IMG/VR virus record: IMGVR_UViG_3300034418_009484
Span: 28,393-92,392 of that record
Origin: a virus
Reading direction: 5' to 3' (one strand)
Length of the DNA stretch: 64,000 nt
Numbering within the stretch: the stretch's first letter is position 1; each line of letters opens with the position of its first letter. The position numbers and the translations under genes are program-made. The notes under the pieces were generated by a model, which saw nothing but the letters and a program-made list of their open reading frames with translations, did no database searches and had not been told where the DNA came from. Shown piece by piece: positions 37,218 to 47,148 of the stretch.

Positions 37218-38165
37218 TCACCATGCCTTACAAGACCAATATCTTGCTTTCCATTTTGGACCGGGATTACTACAGTTATGTCTAGCTCTAAAGCTCTTTC
37301 TCCTTGCTGGATTGCTTTTCTTAATTTTCATATTTGGATCTCCAAATCGAACAAGAACAACATTTCCTTTTTCATTTTTAGTATAAACGGCACTTTTCTT
37401 AGGACCGCCGGGAGTTCTAAATGGTTTATTTAAAGTTACTTTTCGGCCTTGATACTCGGCAGCATAAGACTCATCAGCACTTTGCGACTTTACAAAATCG
37501 TAGACATTCTGAATATAAACTTCTGACTTAGAAATCATATCCTTAGTCCAATCTTCAAAATCAACACTCTCAAGATATTCTTCAATTTCCATGAGTTGCT
37601 TGTGCATCTTCATGAGTTGCTCACGTTGCATCTGACCTTCTTCGTATTCCGCAACTGTTTTTTTCAACAAAGATTGCGCTCGTTTCCAAGCCTCTGGATC
37701 AGGTCTATCTTTATCTCCCGGTTTTGCTGGGCGATATTTCTTACCTTCGCGTTCTTTCTTTTTACGGATATTTTCCCAAAGACCGGGACGATTTGCTGCG
37801 ATATCCCATTCTTCTACATCATCACCTTCGTACCCCTCATAATAATCTTCACTAGCAGGAGTAACAAAGTTATCTTCTGTAATTTCTTCTGCCCATCCCT
37901 CATTTGTGTAAAGTGCAATAGATATACAGCTTCCTTCTGCAAAATTAGCACCAGCCTCATATGCACATTCTAGCACATATTCAATTTCTGATTCTTGAAT
38001 TTCCCATTCGTATTCAGAAGCCATTTCTGAAAACTTTTTTGGACCTTCTATAGCAATCCCCTGCTTAATTGCTTGCTTCTTACCATTAGGACCAACAAAG
38101 CATTTTCCAGAATCTCCCCACTTCCATCCTGATTTATTATTTTCATTGCATTTTTTCAAAGGCAT
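37218..38165 (-). CDS. Modular basic/acidic phage protein (possible capsid-internal protein)
   Basis: Modules GWKWGDSGKC, PGLWENIRKK, VRFGDPNM..RRKSFRARHNC..YWSC resemble small domains of large-phage hypothetical proteins. Confidence 0.6.
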   Translation of the reverse strand: MPLKKCNENNKSGWKWGDSGKCFVGPNGKKQAIKQGIAIEGPKKFSEMASEYEWEIQESEIEYVLECAYEAGANFAEGSCISIALYTNEGWAEEITEDNFVTPASEDYYEGYEGDDVEEWDIAANRPGLWENIRKKKEREGKKYRPAKPGDKDRPDPEAWKRAQSLLKKTVAEYEEGQMQREQLMKMHKQLMEIEEYLESVDFEDWTKDMISKSEVYIQNVYDFVKSQSADESYAAEYQGRKVTLNKPFRTPGGPKKSAVYTKNEKGNVVLVRFGDPNMKIKKSNPARRKSFRARHNCSNPGPKWKARYWSCKAW

Positions 38166-38188
38166 TTTTAATCTCCAGTCATAATATA

Positions 38189-38225
38189 TAAAAAACCAAC
38201 AGTAATATATACACCACTGTTGGTT
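38189..38225 (-). terminator. Intrinsic terminator after ssb, with GGTGTATATA in the loop
   Basis: AACCAACAGT-GGTGTATATATT-ACTGTTGGTT-TTTT on the minus strand. Confidence 0.75.
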
Positions 38226-38255
38226 CTAAACAAATATCAAAATATATTAATCAAA

Positions 38256-38651
38256 TTAAAATGGAACTTCTTCCGAAGATTCTTCAGTACTGGCAACTCT
38301 TTGATTCTTAGATCCGCCACCATTTGATTTAGGCCCAAGATTAACTCTTTCTGCTACAACTCTCAGTTTTGATCTTTTAACGCCTTCATCTGTTTCCCAA
38401 GTGTCAAGCTGAAGCCTACCTTCTACCATAACAAAAGCACCTTTTGTAAGGTACTGAGCCAGAGATTCTGCTTGCTTACCCCACAGGGTAACATCAACAA
38501 AAGTTGGCTCTTCTTGTTTATTGCCATCTTTTGACCAGATTCTGTTTGAGCAAATGCCAACGTCTGCAACGGCTGTACCGTTTGGAGTGTAGCGAAGCTC
38601 AGTGTCTCTAGTTACTCTACCTGAACCAACCCATCTGTTAAGATCTGACAT
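38256..38651 (-). CDS. ssb: Single-stranded DNA-binding protein
   Basis: GRVTRDTELRYTPNG, WGKQAE, VEGRLQ, acidic EEVPF tail. Confidence 0.95.
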   Translation of the reverse strand: MSDLNRWVGSGRVTRDTELRYTPNGTAVADVGICSNRIWSKDGNKQEEPTFVDVTLWGKQAESLAQYLTKGAFVMVEGRLQLDTWETDEGVKRSKLRVVAERVNLGPKSNGGGSKNQRVASTEESSEEVPF

Positions 38652-38692
38652 AAAAATAAATCTCCTAAATAATAAAAATAAATAAAAATAAA

Positions 38693-38922
38693 TTAAACTA
38701 ATTCGCCTCGATATCGCAACGCTTTTCTTGCAAGGCGACGACCATAAGTAGTACCGTGATTTCTAACTAATTTTCTAAACTCTCCAGAAAACTCTGTAAA
38801 AGTAACTGAGTCAACAACTTCTCTTGTTGTTAATTCTCCAGAACTCCATCTTGAAATAGTTTTTAAAACACTATTGTTTGAGTCAAGAAGTAGGTTCCAA
38901 TCAACTGAGCTAGAATTTTTCA
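38693..38922 (-). CDS. Small hypothetical protein (start MKNSSS)
   Basis: AAAGGA RBS before the internal Met; the upstream extension overlaps 38943..39239. Confidence 0.6.
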
Positions 38923-38942
38923 TACAATTTCCTTTCTTAAAT

Positions 38943-39239
38943 TTATTTAGACTGAATAAACGGATTAACACTAATAGTTTCACTAACGCTTCCGTCTGCA
39001 TTTTCAATTCTACTTTCTAACTGCGGATTTATAGCAGATAAAGGAACTGAAGCTGGAGGTGAATTTAGAGCCGTATTCTGATTAGAAGTATTATTTTGTA
39101 AGGCATTAACGCATTCGTTAAAATGCGATCTAAGTTGTGCAACATATCTTTGCTGTTCTTCAAGATTATTTTCTGCTCTTTTAATTTCTTCTTGAAGATT
39201 ATTAGCATAAGAATTCGCCATTTCATTCATTGTAATCAT
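38943..39239 (-). CDS. Coiled-coil hypothetical protein
   Basis: N-terminal heptads, low-complexity C-terminus. Confidence 0.55.
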   Translation of the reverse strand: MITMNEMANSYANNLQEEIKRAENNLEEQQRYVAQLRSHFNECVNALQNNTSNQNTALNSPPASVPLSAINPQLESRIENADGSVSETISVNPFIQSK

Positions 39240-39244
39240 TTTAA

Positions 39245-39583
39245 TTATCCTTTATAAGCTCTGATTGATTTGATTTTACCCTGTTCGTTTATATTAAAAA
39301 TATCTACAACATTTAAAACTTCATCGTCTAATTCTAAAACAAATTCTATAAAAACAAGTTTGTTCCTGTATGCTGTATTTAAGATATGAATCTTTATTGT
39401 TTCAAAATTTGAAAACAATTCTTTGTTTGCTAAAATTACACTGTCTTTTCCTTTCGCCGTTATTTCCCAGTCTCTTAATTGTACTTCGTCATCATAAGCT
39501 TTTTCTAAATTTTTTAAATTTTTTGTACAAAAATCTGCCAAATAATTCTTAACTAAATCTATCCAAATCATATCAAACTCCAA
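39245..39583 (-). CDS. SnoaL/NTF2-like protein
   Basis: YDDEVQLRDWE..GK..VVDIF..GKIKSIRAYKG. Confidence 0.75.
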   Translation of the reverse strand: MEFDMIWIDLVKNYLADFCTKNLKNLEKAYDDEVQLRDWEITAKGKDSVILANKELFSNFETIKIHILNTAYRNKLVFIEFVLELDDEVLNVVDIFNINEQGKIKSIRAYKG

Positions 39584-40628
39584 TTCTAGGAATATGTTTT
39601 GTTTCTTCTAATAAAGTGTATGGAGATACAAATTTACAATATGTGGTTATATCATCCTGTACGATAGGTATTAAATCTTCACTTTTTTTTACAGTATTAT
39701 TAAATAAAGTTTTCATTAAAGCATATCCTGCTCTGTGCTTACATAAAAAGTATTTGCATTTACATTTTTCTTTAAAATATGAAGTTATAAAATTAATAAT
39801 ATCTCCATTGTAGTTTAAATCTATATCGTCTTTATAAATTTCACACTTTATTGAATTAACATAATAATAATAACTATCAAATTTATTTATATCTATAGGA
39901 GAAAAATATTTTTTCATAAGAACATGACTTTCTTTTTTATATACATTTCTACCAATTTTATTAATTAAATAATCTACACAAAATTTTATTTCTGGAGGGG
40001 TATTAGTTACATTCTGATGAATAATTTTATCCATTAAATCAGGGTCATCATAGAATGCGTAGGAATATCTTTTGTCCGATAAATAAGAATATATAATATT
40101 GTTATTTACGCCAAGCTCCTTTATTTTTTCAATTTGTAAATTAAAAAAATCGTAAATTTCACTTGTTTTTCCTGCAATAATATGATCGCCAGGATGATAC
40201 GGTAGATCATTTCTAAAAAAAGAACTAGAGCAAACTATCTTATTCTTTTCCTCAATTATTTTATCTATAAGAACATTATAACCTTTGTACATTGCGTTAC
40301 TTCTTAATTTAATTATGTAATCATAACTATTAAATTTTAAAGCATTAACAATTCCATTGTATGAAGAAACAGATTGTTTAACAAAATTATTATTATTAAA
40401 TAATAATGACTTATCTAAAATAGGTTTATTTAAAACAACTTTAATATTGTTATCATCTTTTAATCTTTTTAATTCATTAAAAAGTTTTTTATTATTCCAT
40501 AGGTCTTCATTCCATGTAGATATATAAATATCTTGTGGATCAATATAATCTTTTAGATTATTTATATTAGCATGTAATATATCAATATTATTGATACATG
40601 AACCTTGAATTATAACAGCTATTTTCAT
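39573..40628 (-). CDS. WavE-like polysaccharide synthesis protein
   Basis: VIIQG, ISTW, Q..S..GI, IKLRS, DHIIAG. Confidence 0.65.
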   Translation of the reverse strand: MKIAVIIQGSCINNIDILHANINNLKDYIDPQDIYISTWNEDLWNNKKLFNELKRLKDDNNIKVVLNKPILDKSLLFNNNNFVKQSVSSYNGIVNALKFNSYDYIIKLRSNAMYKGYNVLIDKIIEEKNKIVCSSSFFRNDLPYHPGDHIIAGKTSEIYDFFNLQIEKIKELGVNNNIIYSYLSDKRYSYAFYDDPDLMDKIIHQNVTNTPPEIKFCVDYLINKIGRNVYKKESHVLMKKYFSPIDINKFDSYYYYVNSIKCEIYKDDIDLNYNGDIINFITSYFKEKCKCKYFLCKHRAGYALMKTLFNNTVKKSEDLIPIVQDDITTYCKFVSPYTLLEETKHIPRIGV

Positions 40629-41995
40629 TTATGACTGTCCATAAAAATCTTCAGATCTTCTGGAGTGCCAAGACCCCACATGCTATTGCTTGCGATATTA
40701 GATATCTTAATTTTCTTATTGTCTTCAATCGCTTGATTAAATACAGGACAAACATAAAATTCATTATTAAATCTAATATCTTTAGAAATCATATCTTCTG
40801 CATATTTAACGTAGTCGGAGCCTTTTTTCCAATAATAAATCCCAACAGTTGCTATATCGCTAATAGGATCTTTTTCAGCTACTTCATTAACATACCCATC
40901 TTCTCCCAACTTCACAAAACTCCATTTCGGATGATGTGATTTAAAAGTTAATATACCAGCATCTATCTCATTGTCGCCTTGCATTGAATACATAAAATCA
41001 TGAGAGTCCCAGTCAACATATTGATCTGAGTTAGCCATTAAAAGTGGTTCATCGTTATCAATAAATTGTTTAGCTAGTAATGTAGTACATGCTGCTCCTT
41101 CTGTCACTCCATCAACTTCAACCACTTCACATTTTGGACAGATAGAACTTAGCATATTTTTTAAGTTGTATTTTTCTGAATGTGATTTCTGAACTATGAA
41201 TACATATTTGGCTTGGACATTTAAATTTTCTACTACCAATTCTATCATTGGTTTTCCGTTTACTTCAATGAGAGGTTTTGGAAAAGTATAACCAGCCTTT
41301 TCAAATCGTGATCCTGCGCCAGCCATAGGTATTAAAACATTCATTTTCCCACCATGCCATTTGTCTTTATTCACTTGTTCTTTCCTTTCTATTTTATCTA
41401 TATGTCTTAGAATTTGCTCCAAATAAACATCGTCTGTATTTCTAACAGCATGTAAATGCGCACCAGAATCAATAGCTGCTTTTCTACCTATTGGAGAATC
41501 TTCTATTATAAGAGTTTCTTTTGGTGATGCTCCTGCCTTAATCATACTTTGTAAGTATATCTCTGGACTAGGTTTTGAGAATTTTACATCTTCATTTGAA
41601 AAAATTTCATCAATAAATTCTATCAAATCATTCCTTATGAGCATCATTTTGATAGTGTTCTTTATTGAATTTGAACATACATGTACAGAGTAATTTCTCG
41701 ATTTTAATACTCTTATTATATTTCTCATATAAACATTTGGCATCATATAATCTATGACTTCCAAAGTTTTTTTCTGTTTTTCTTTCCATATCTTTTCATG
41801 AAGGCTATAGTCAATACCTAATATTTCAAGTTTCTTTTTTGTTGGCAATCCATCATATTTTGATAGATGGTCTTTTTTTGAAATCTTGTATTGTTCTCCA
41901 CAAATTTTTTCTAAGGCTAAATTTAATGCTTCAAAATGAATTTCTCTAGCATCAACAAGAACGCCGTCTAAATCAAATATAATGTGTTTAATCAT
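40625..41995 (-). CDS. HAD phosphatase-nucleotidyltransferase fusion
   Basis: FDLDGVLVD, KPSPEIY, IEDS; then LIPMAGAGSRF..PKPLI, TEGAACT, NSDQ, GLGTPEDL. Confidence 0.9.
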   Translation of the reverse strand: MIKHIIFDLDGVLVDAREIHFEALNLALEKICGEQYKISKKDHLSKYDGLPTKKKLEILGIDYSLHEKIWKEKQKKTLEVIDYMMPNVYMRNIIRVLKSRNYSVHVCSNSIKNTIKMMLIRNDLIEFIDEIFSNEDVKFSKPSPEIYLQSMIKAGASPKETLIIEDSPIGRKAAIDSGAHLHAVRNTDDVYLEQILRHIDKIERKEQVNKDKWHGGKMNVLIPMAGAGSRFEKAGYTFPKPLIEVNGKPMIELVVENLNVQAKYVFIVQKSHSEKYNLKNMLSSICPKCEVVEVDGVTEGAACTTLLAKQFIDNDEPLLMANSDQYVDWDSHDFMYSMQGDNEIDAGILTFKSHHPKWSFVKLGEDGYVNEVAEKDPISDIATVGIYYWKKGSDYVKYAEDMISKDIRFNNEFYVCPVFNQAIEDNKKIKISNIASNSMWGLGTPEDLKIFMDSHK

Positions 41996-42764
41996 CTAAC
42001 ATGTCCTTCATTGAAAAAATATTTCTATGCTCATGAAATTTACTTACATAAACTTTATTAGCATGGCCCCATCTAGCCATAAATGGAACCAAAAGATTAA
42101 TATCAATAACTTCAAAACATTTTGCAAAGTTTTCTTTTGTTATTTCCAACCCCATAGCTTTCATTATATTACAAGCAAGCATTGCTTCAGCAGTCCAACT
42201 TTCACTTGGGCGAAATCTTCTATAATTATAACAGTATTTATCAAAACCCTTTTGTGAATAATTATGTGCGTCATAAAAAATATTTTCATATGCAGTTTTA
42301 AAAAATTTGGTTTTACCACCAAAAATATGATCGCCCATATGGTAAGGTTGGGTTTTAAATTTGTCTACAAATATATTTCCAAACAAAACCTTATCTTTAT
42401 TTTCCATCATCTTATCAACAAATGGTTCTAAATTATAGTACTCATCTGATCTTACTTTGATGGTATATTCTGTTTGGACTTGCTCGATGCCAGTCTTTGT
42501 AGTTGATACAGCCCAAGCTATCGTACTTTTTTGAATAAGATTTTGCATCCTTTTATTACAGCAATAACAATTACCTTTATCACAAAGCTCATGAGAAACT
42601 ACTTTAACATAATTAGGTAGCTCGTTTAAACTTGGGTGATTCCAACTTGAGTAGACTATGTTGTTTGTAATTTTTCTATATTCTTCAATCTTATTCGCAC
42701 TATCTTCACTATACAAGCCTTGTATTACAATAGTAAGATCATCTTTCATATTCAAATCTCTCAA
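41988..42764 (-). CDS. WavE-like polysaccharide synthesis protein
   Basis: TIVIQG, YSSW, IKVRSDE, GDHIFGG. Confidence 0.65.
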   Translation of the reverse strand: MRDLNMKDDLTIVIQGLYSEDSANKIEEYRKITNNIVYSSWNHPSLNELPNYVKVVSHELCDKGNCYCCNKRMQNLIQKSTIAWAVSTTKTGIEQVQTEYTIKVRSDEYYNLEPFVDKMMENKDKVLFGNIFVDKFKTQPYHMGDHIFGGKTKFFKTAYENIFYDAHNYSQKGFDKYCYNYRRFRPSESWTAEAMLACNIMKAMGLEITKENFAKCFEVIDINLLVPFMARWGHANKVYVSKFHEHRNIFSMKDMLDD

Positions 42765-43383
42765 AGTCTTCTTTATAAAATTCTTGAATAGCCAACTTAG
42801 ATTCTACATTATAGTATTCAGAAAAATTAAGATGTTTGCTTGATCTTGGTTTTGCCTCTTTATGAGTTTCTTTTTGTCTGTTAACAAGAGATATTTTCTT
42901 TCCTATAAGTACTTCTGAAAGATCTTCCCACTCTTGATTTAAATTTTCAAACTTCCCTATATGGGTCATCTCGCAAATACTACTCTTACAAAAATCTGCT
43001 TGAGGTTTTAAGAAAATATCATCAACCCACTCTGTATTTTTAAAGTTACAACAGAAGTTCCTAAAGCTAGATACATCATCGCCTTGATCAAACTCATGGA
43101 ACAATGGCTTGTCAGTGTCAACCTTTTGAGAGTATTTTGTTACTCTATTTTTAGTAAACTCAAAGTAAAGAGAAACCATCCTGTCATAGGGGTTTCTTAC
43201 AAAGGTAAATCGAAAACAATCTTCTGCTGCTGCCTCTGGATGAACCTTCAAAGCATCTGCCAACGTCATGTGATGCTGGTCTGGCTCTGGAAGATTCTTG
43301 TTTTGCAGTAAGATATTCATTTGCGTACTTCCAGTTCTAGGTATGGAAATATGCAAGAAGTTTCTATCCTTATTAAATATCAT
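42739..43383 (-). CDS. Sulfotransferase family 2 protein
   Basis: ISIPRTGST PAPS loop, FTFVRNPYDRMVSLY, YKEDFERFEY. Confidence 0.85.
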   Translation of the reverse strand: MIFNKDRNFLHISIPRTGSTQMNILLQNKNLPEPDQHHMTLADALKVHPEAAAEDCFRFTFVRNPYDRMVSLYFEFTKNRVTKYSQKVDTDKPLFHEFDQGDDVSSFRNFCCNFKNTEWVDDIFLKPQADFCKSSICEMTHIGKFENLNQEWEDLSEVLIGKKISLVNRQKETHKEAKPRSSKHLNFSEYYNVESKLAIQEFYKEDFERFEYER

Positions 43384-44530
43384 GCCTGTATCCTTGATCT
43401 ATTGTCTTTTTCATTCTTGTCATATGCCTACCGCCTTCAAATTCTGATTCAAGGATCTTTGTAACGATGCTATTTATATCGTCTACATCCAAGAACATTG
43501 AAGGCAAAGAGAAGAAGTTGCAACAGTTATGTCTAACTGCGTACTCTGCTGTATACTCATTAAAAACTAAGGCTGATCTAATATGGTCATATTTATTTGC
43601 TAAAATATTAATCCCTTGCCCAGTCCTGCAAAACCCAAGTGCCATGCTACAAATACCATCTTCTATTGCCCTTGCTGCTTGAGATACATAATCATGGTAG
43701 TCACAGCTTCCATCGAAGAATGTACCAAAGTCAATTACCTTGCCATTGTAAGCCTCTTTGAACTGCTCTTTCAATTCAAAACCAGAATGATCTGAACACA
43801 AAGCAATCGGTTTCTCATCAAAGTGGCTACAAACATAATCAATAAAGAATCTTAGCTCCGCTGGAGTTCCAAGAACGTGCATAGCCTTGGTTTCTTCAAT
43901 GCCGATCTTCAAGCCATCATTAATCAAACGGTTGTAGACAGGGCAAATGTAGTATTCTCCATTAACCTTTTCTTCGTCGTCGATCATCTGATTACCATAC
44001 TTCACGAAGTCGTTACCGTTTTTAAAGTAGTAGACTCCTACCGCTGCATTGTTACTTATAACTTCTTTCTCGGCAGTTCTGGTTGCTAGACCATCTTCCA
44101 TCTTCACATAACTGTGGGCAGGAGAGTTTGCTTTGAATGTAAGCAACAAACCATCTAGTTCTGTATCAATAGTCTTAGGATCGAACTGTGGACCAAAGAA
44201 AACATCAGGAGTGTAGATAAGAAGAGGACTGTCATCAATATACTTTTCTGCAAGCAGACATGTACATAACGCGCCCTCGGTAACTCTATCAACAACAACG
44301 ATCTCAACGTTGCTTCCAAACTTTTCTCTTAGAACCTTATCAATTCCAAAGTTATAGATATGATCTTGCCTGACTATGAAAATCAAGTTATGATCTTGAT
44401 AATCTTTAATTGAATCAATTGCCCAATCAATAATGTGTTTATCTTTTGCCATAATCAAAGGTTTTGGCATCAAATATCCATCATCTAAAAATCTTTGGGC
44501 GCGACCTGCGATTGGTAATATAATGTTCAT
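43373..44530 (-). CDS. Nucleotidyltransferase-RpiB (ribose-5-phosphate isomerase B) fusion
   Basis: LPIAGRAQRF..PKPLI, LGTPAEL; then SDHSGFELKE, CRTGQG, RHNCCN, FEGGRH..R. Confidence 0.88.
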   Translation of the reverse strand: MNIILPIAGRAQRFLDDGYLMPKPLIMAKDKHIIDWAIDSIKDYQDHNLIFIVRQDHIYNFGIDKVLREKFGSNVEIVVVDRVTEGALCTCLLAEKYIDDSPLLIYTPDVFFGPQFDPKTIDTELDGLLLTFKANSPAHSYVKMEDGLATRTAEKEVISNNAAVGVYYFKNGNDFVKYGNQMIDDEEKVNGEYYICPVYNRLINDGLKIGIEETKAMHVLGTPAELRFFIDYVCSHFDEKPIALCSDHSGFELKEQFKEAYNGKVIDFGTFFDGSCDYHDYVSQAARAIEDGICSMALGFCRTGQGINILANKYDHIRSALVFNEYTAEYAVRHNCCNFFSLPSMFLDVDDINSIVTKILESEFEGGRHMTRMKKTIDQGYRHDI

Positions 44531-45234
44531 TTCTGTTCCTTAAATTCTTTGCTTAGACTTCTTTGAGATGCGATTATTGCATTTGATATTCCATTTATAT
44601 CGAAATTGAAATCGTAATTTTTCCCCATGTAGCCAATCACTTTTGCTGCGAACTTGTCACCAGCACCAAGAACATTTACATTGTCTACAAATTTTTCGAC
44701 CTCAAATACCTTCTCGGTTCCTTTAAAGTATACTTTAGTTTTCACAGGGGAATGGTAGATAAAAGCACCTTTCACCTGTTTTGCGATTTTTTCTGGACTG
44801 CCAATAAAATCTCCCTCGCCAGCGAATAGAATATCTATCTTATCCAAACACTCAAAGGGTATCGGTTCTGAATCACAAATATCTGCTGAGATAATTCCTT
44901 TGAAACTACTTAACTCTTTAATGAATGAGATTGTTTTCTTGACATTATGATTGATAGAATTTAAATATGCAACATGATGCCACTTAGCAGGAACGGGAAT
45001 GTCTGGCAAAGACGTTACAATCAAGTTTGGCTTTGATGCCCTTTCGCAAGCGTCTTTGTCAATAAGAATTAACGCTTCACCAATAGCACATGGTTGAACA
45101 CCAACAGATATAGAACTGTCAAAACTTCTTAGAGCTTCCCAGATATTTGCAATACCTCCAACTGTATTATACGATCCACGATTGGAAAAAACTTTATCAT
45201 AAGTTATATTTCCATATAATACTACATCTTTCAT
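44527..45234 (-). CDS. PfkB/ribokinase-family sugar kinase
   Basis: GN..YD, GGIAN, NVLGAGDKF. Confidence 0.75.
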   Translation of the reverse strand: MKDVVLYGNITYDKVFSNRGSYNTVGGIANIWEALRSFDSSISVGVQPCAIGEALILIDKDACERASKPNLIVTSLPDIPVPAKWHHVAYLNSINHNVKKTISFIKELSSFKGIISADICDSEPIPFECLDKIDILFAGEGDFIGSPEKIAKQVKGAFIYHSPVKTKVYFKGTEKVFEVEKFVDNVNVLGAGDKFAAKVIGYMGKNYDFNFDINGISNAIIASQRSLSKEFKEQK

Positions 45235-45923
45235 AGTGACTGCGCTCTCCTGCTATATCCGCTAAAGAAGGTATGTTTAGTCCAATCAAAATCAACATAT
45301 AAGAATTGTTTGTCTGACATCGTTTTAAAATGACTTTCCCACCAAGGATCTAAAAAAGCAACTGGTAAGTCCTCTTGATTTGCTTGATAGAACGAGACTT
45401 TAATTTTATGTCCATGAGCAATGAGTGCATTATTTGAATTTATAACACCATTAACTCGCGTGCTGCCGTTCCATTTTGACGTATCCCAAGCCTGTCTCAT
45501 TGTTTCAGTCTCAGAAAAAATGGTAATATCGTGAAGCATCTCACCTTCAAAAAATCCAATACCTCTTTTCTCTGCCATAGCCATTTTATCAAAGCATCTT
45601 TTAAAGATGTCTTTACAACACACAATCATGTCTGCTCTATTTTTAAATATGTGTGTAGCACCGATCTCTTTTGCTATTGCAATCCCTTCACTAACACATT
45701 GAGGATGACCTCTTCCAACCTCTGTGTTTATGATTCTATCGTGCCAAACTAAATGGTCTACATTTTCTACAGTGGAATCGTGAGGTCTTACTCCATGACC
45801 TGTTAATATTATTGCGGTATCTGGATAGTTGTGCTTATAATGAGAAACAACACGATCAACCAGATGTTGTTTATACTTCTGATTGTCTTGAATCCAAATA
45901 TGACTTAATAGAAACACGTTCAT
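45231..45923 (-). CDS. Hypothetical protein, possible glycosyltransferase
   Basis: GI..A..ATHIFKNRAD resembles the WavE/GT-A core; located in the glycan island. Confidence 0.45.
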   Translation of the reverse strand: MNVFLLSHIWIQDNQKYKQHLVDRVVSHYKHNYPDTAIILTGHGVRPHDSTVENVDHLVWHDRIINTEVGRGHPQCVSEGIAIAKEIGATHIFKNRADMIVCCKDIFKRCFDKMAMAEKRGIGFFEGEMLHDITIFSETETMRQAWDTSKWNGSTRVNGVINSNNALIAHGHKIKVSFYQANQEDLPVAFLDPWWESHFKTMSDKQFLYVDFDWTKHTFFSGYSRRAQSL

Positions 45924-46420
45924 GAGTGCCAGTCCTGTATATTAACTAGAGGGACAGGGGTTATAAGTTCCTTCTTAATGCATATATCATAAAGTTCTGC
46001 AACAACACCATCGCCTCCATGCCTATTGATAACCTCGGTGCATATCATTTTAAGGGTTTGCGGAGAGTTGTTTGGACAGAATTTATACTTGCAACCCTCC
46101 ATTATACCCTTATCAAAAAGATCATCTCCAACAAAAGCTGTATCTTCATAAGATGTACCAAACTTCTTCATAATCCAAGGAAGCTCTTTGATTTTGTCTC
46201 TTGAAATAACAAGAGGAATAGCTCTTTTATTAGCCATTCCTGTATTGAATCTATCACCAGACACAAGAACCACAGGTACATCAGATGCCATAAACCTACG
46301 GATCGCAGTAAAATCTAAGTCGCAATATCTCTTACTAATAACTTCATGGTCTTCATTGTAAGTTTTAGTACCATCTGTCATAACTCCATCAACGTCTAAT
46401 AACAGAAGTTTAATTGCCAT
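45920..46420 (-). CDS. KdsC/YrbI-like HAD phosphatase
   Basis: LDVDGVMTDG, VSG, FVGDDLFD, GGDGVVAE. Confidence 0.85.
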   Translation of the reverse strand: MAIKLLLLDVDGVMTDGTKTYNEDHEVISKRYCDLDFTAIRRFMASDVPVVLVSGDRFNTGMANKRAIPLVISRDKIKELPWIMKKFGTSYEDTAFVGDDLFDKGIMEGCKYKFCPNNSPQTLKMICTEVINRHGGDGVVAELYDICIKKELITPVPLVNIQDWHS

Positions 46421-47148
46421 TACCTTATTCCTCTAACATTCGGGTCAATTTCATATTCTTCAAGCATCTCCCTCATCTCTTTAGGATAGTCTGTGATGTT
46501 CCATTTACCTTTGACTATTGCGGTTGCTATATAAGGAAAAACGCAAGAGTCATAGTGGTACTTTCCACGCTTCTTATCCAAGAATTGGTCATATGTATAT
46601 AAACAATTATACCCGTTTTCTTTCGCGTATCCCTGACCAGATCCCTCTAATTGCCAAATATTTTTGTCTGGGTTCGCCTTCAGAACATTTATATAAGACT
46701 CTTTGTTCCATAAGGTAGGTTGAACAGCGAATAATAGATTAGCGGTTGTTGGAATAGTTTTTAAAAATCTGCTATTCTTATATGGTGCTTCTAAGAAATT
46801 GTCATCACACTTAATCAGCTTGATACAATCAATATCGTCTTCCATGATTGCTTCTACAGCTAGATTCATATATGTCTTACTTACTCCTTCATATAGGATC
46901 ATATCTTCATGAAGAAATAATAAATAATCAGTTGGTATCTGAGATACTGTTTCTACAAGCCTAGCCGTATAACATGCTGCATCTGTATACTTTAATACAT
47001 CATACCCTTCAAAGCTATCTTCTTGATCTAGAAGTAAAAACTTGTGGTCAAATTCATATTTGCAGTAACGCTTAAATCTGTCAAGACATGGGGCTAAACA
47101 ATCATAGTAGGAACTATGTGAGTAAATTGCTAATGACAGGTTATTCAT
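46420..47148 (-). CDS. Putative GT-A glycosyltransferase
   Basis: YLLFLHED, QPTLW, IWQLE, AIVKGKW. Confidence 0.55.
   Translation of the reverse strand: MNNLSLAIYSHSSYYDCLAPCLDRFKRYCKYEFDHKFLLLDQEDSFEGYDVLKYTDAACYTARLVETVSQIPTDYLLFLHEDMILYEGVSKTYMNLAVEAIMEDDIDCIKLIKCDDNFLEAPYKNSRFLKTIPTTANLLFAVQPTLWNKESYINVLKANPDKNIWQLEGSGQGYAKENGYNCLYTYDQFLDKKRGKYHYDSCVFPYIATAIVKGKWNITDYPKEMREMLEEYEIDPNVRGIR

Noticed and set aside
38652-38692. AATAAA-type short repeats upstream of ssb
   Set aside because: Low-complexity U-rich leader before the AGGAG RBS; no distinct structure.
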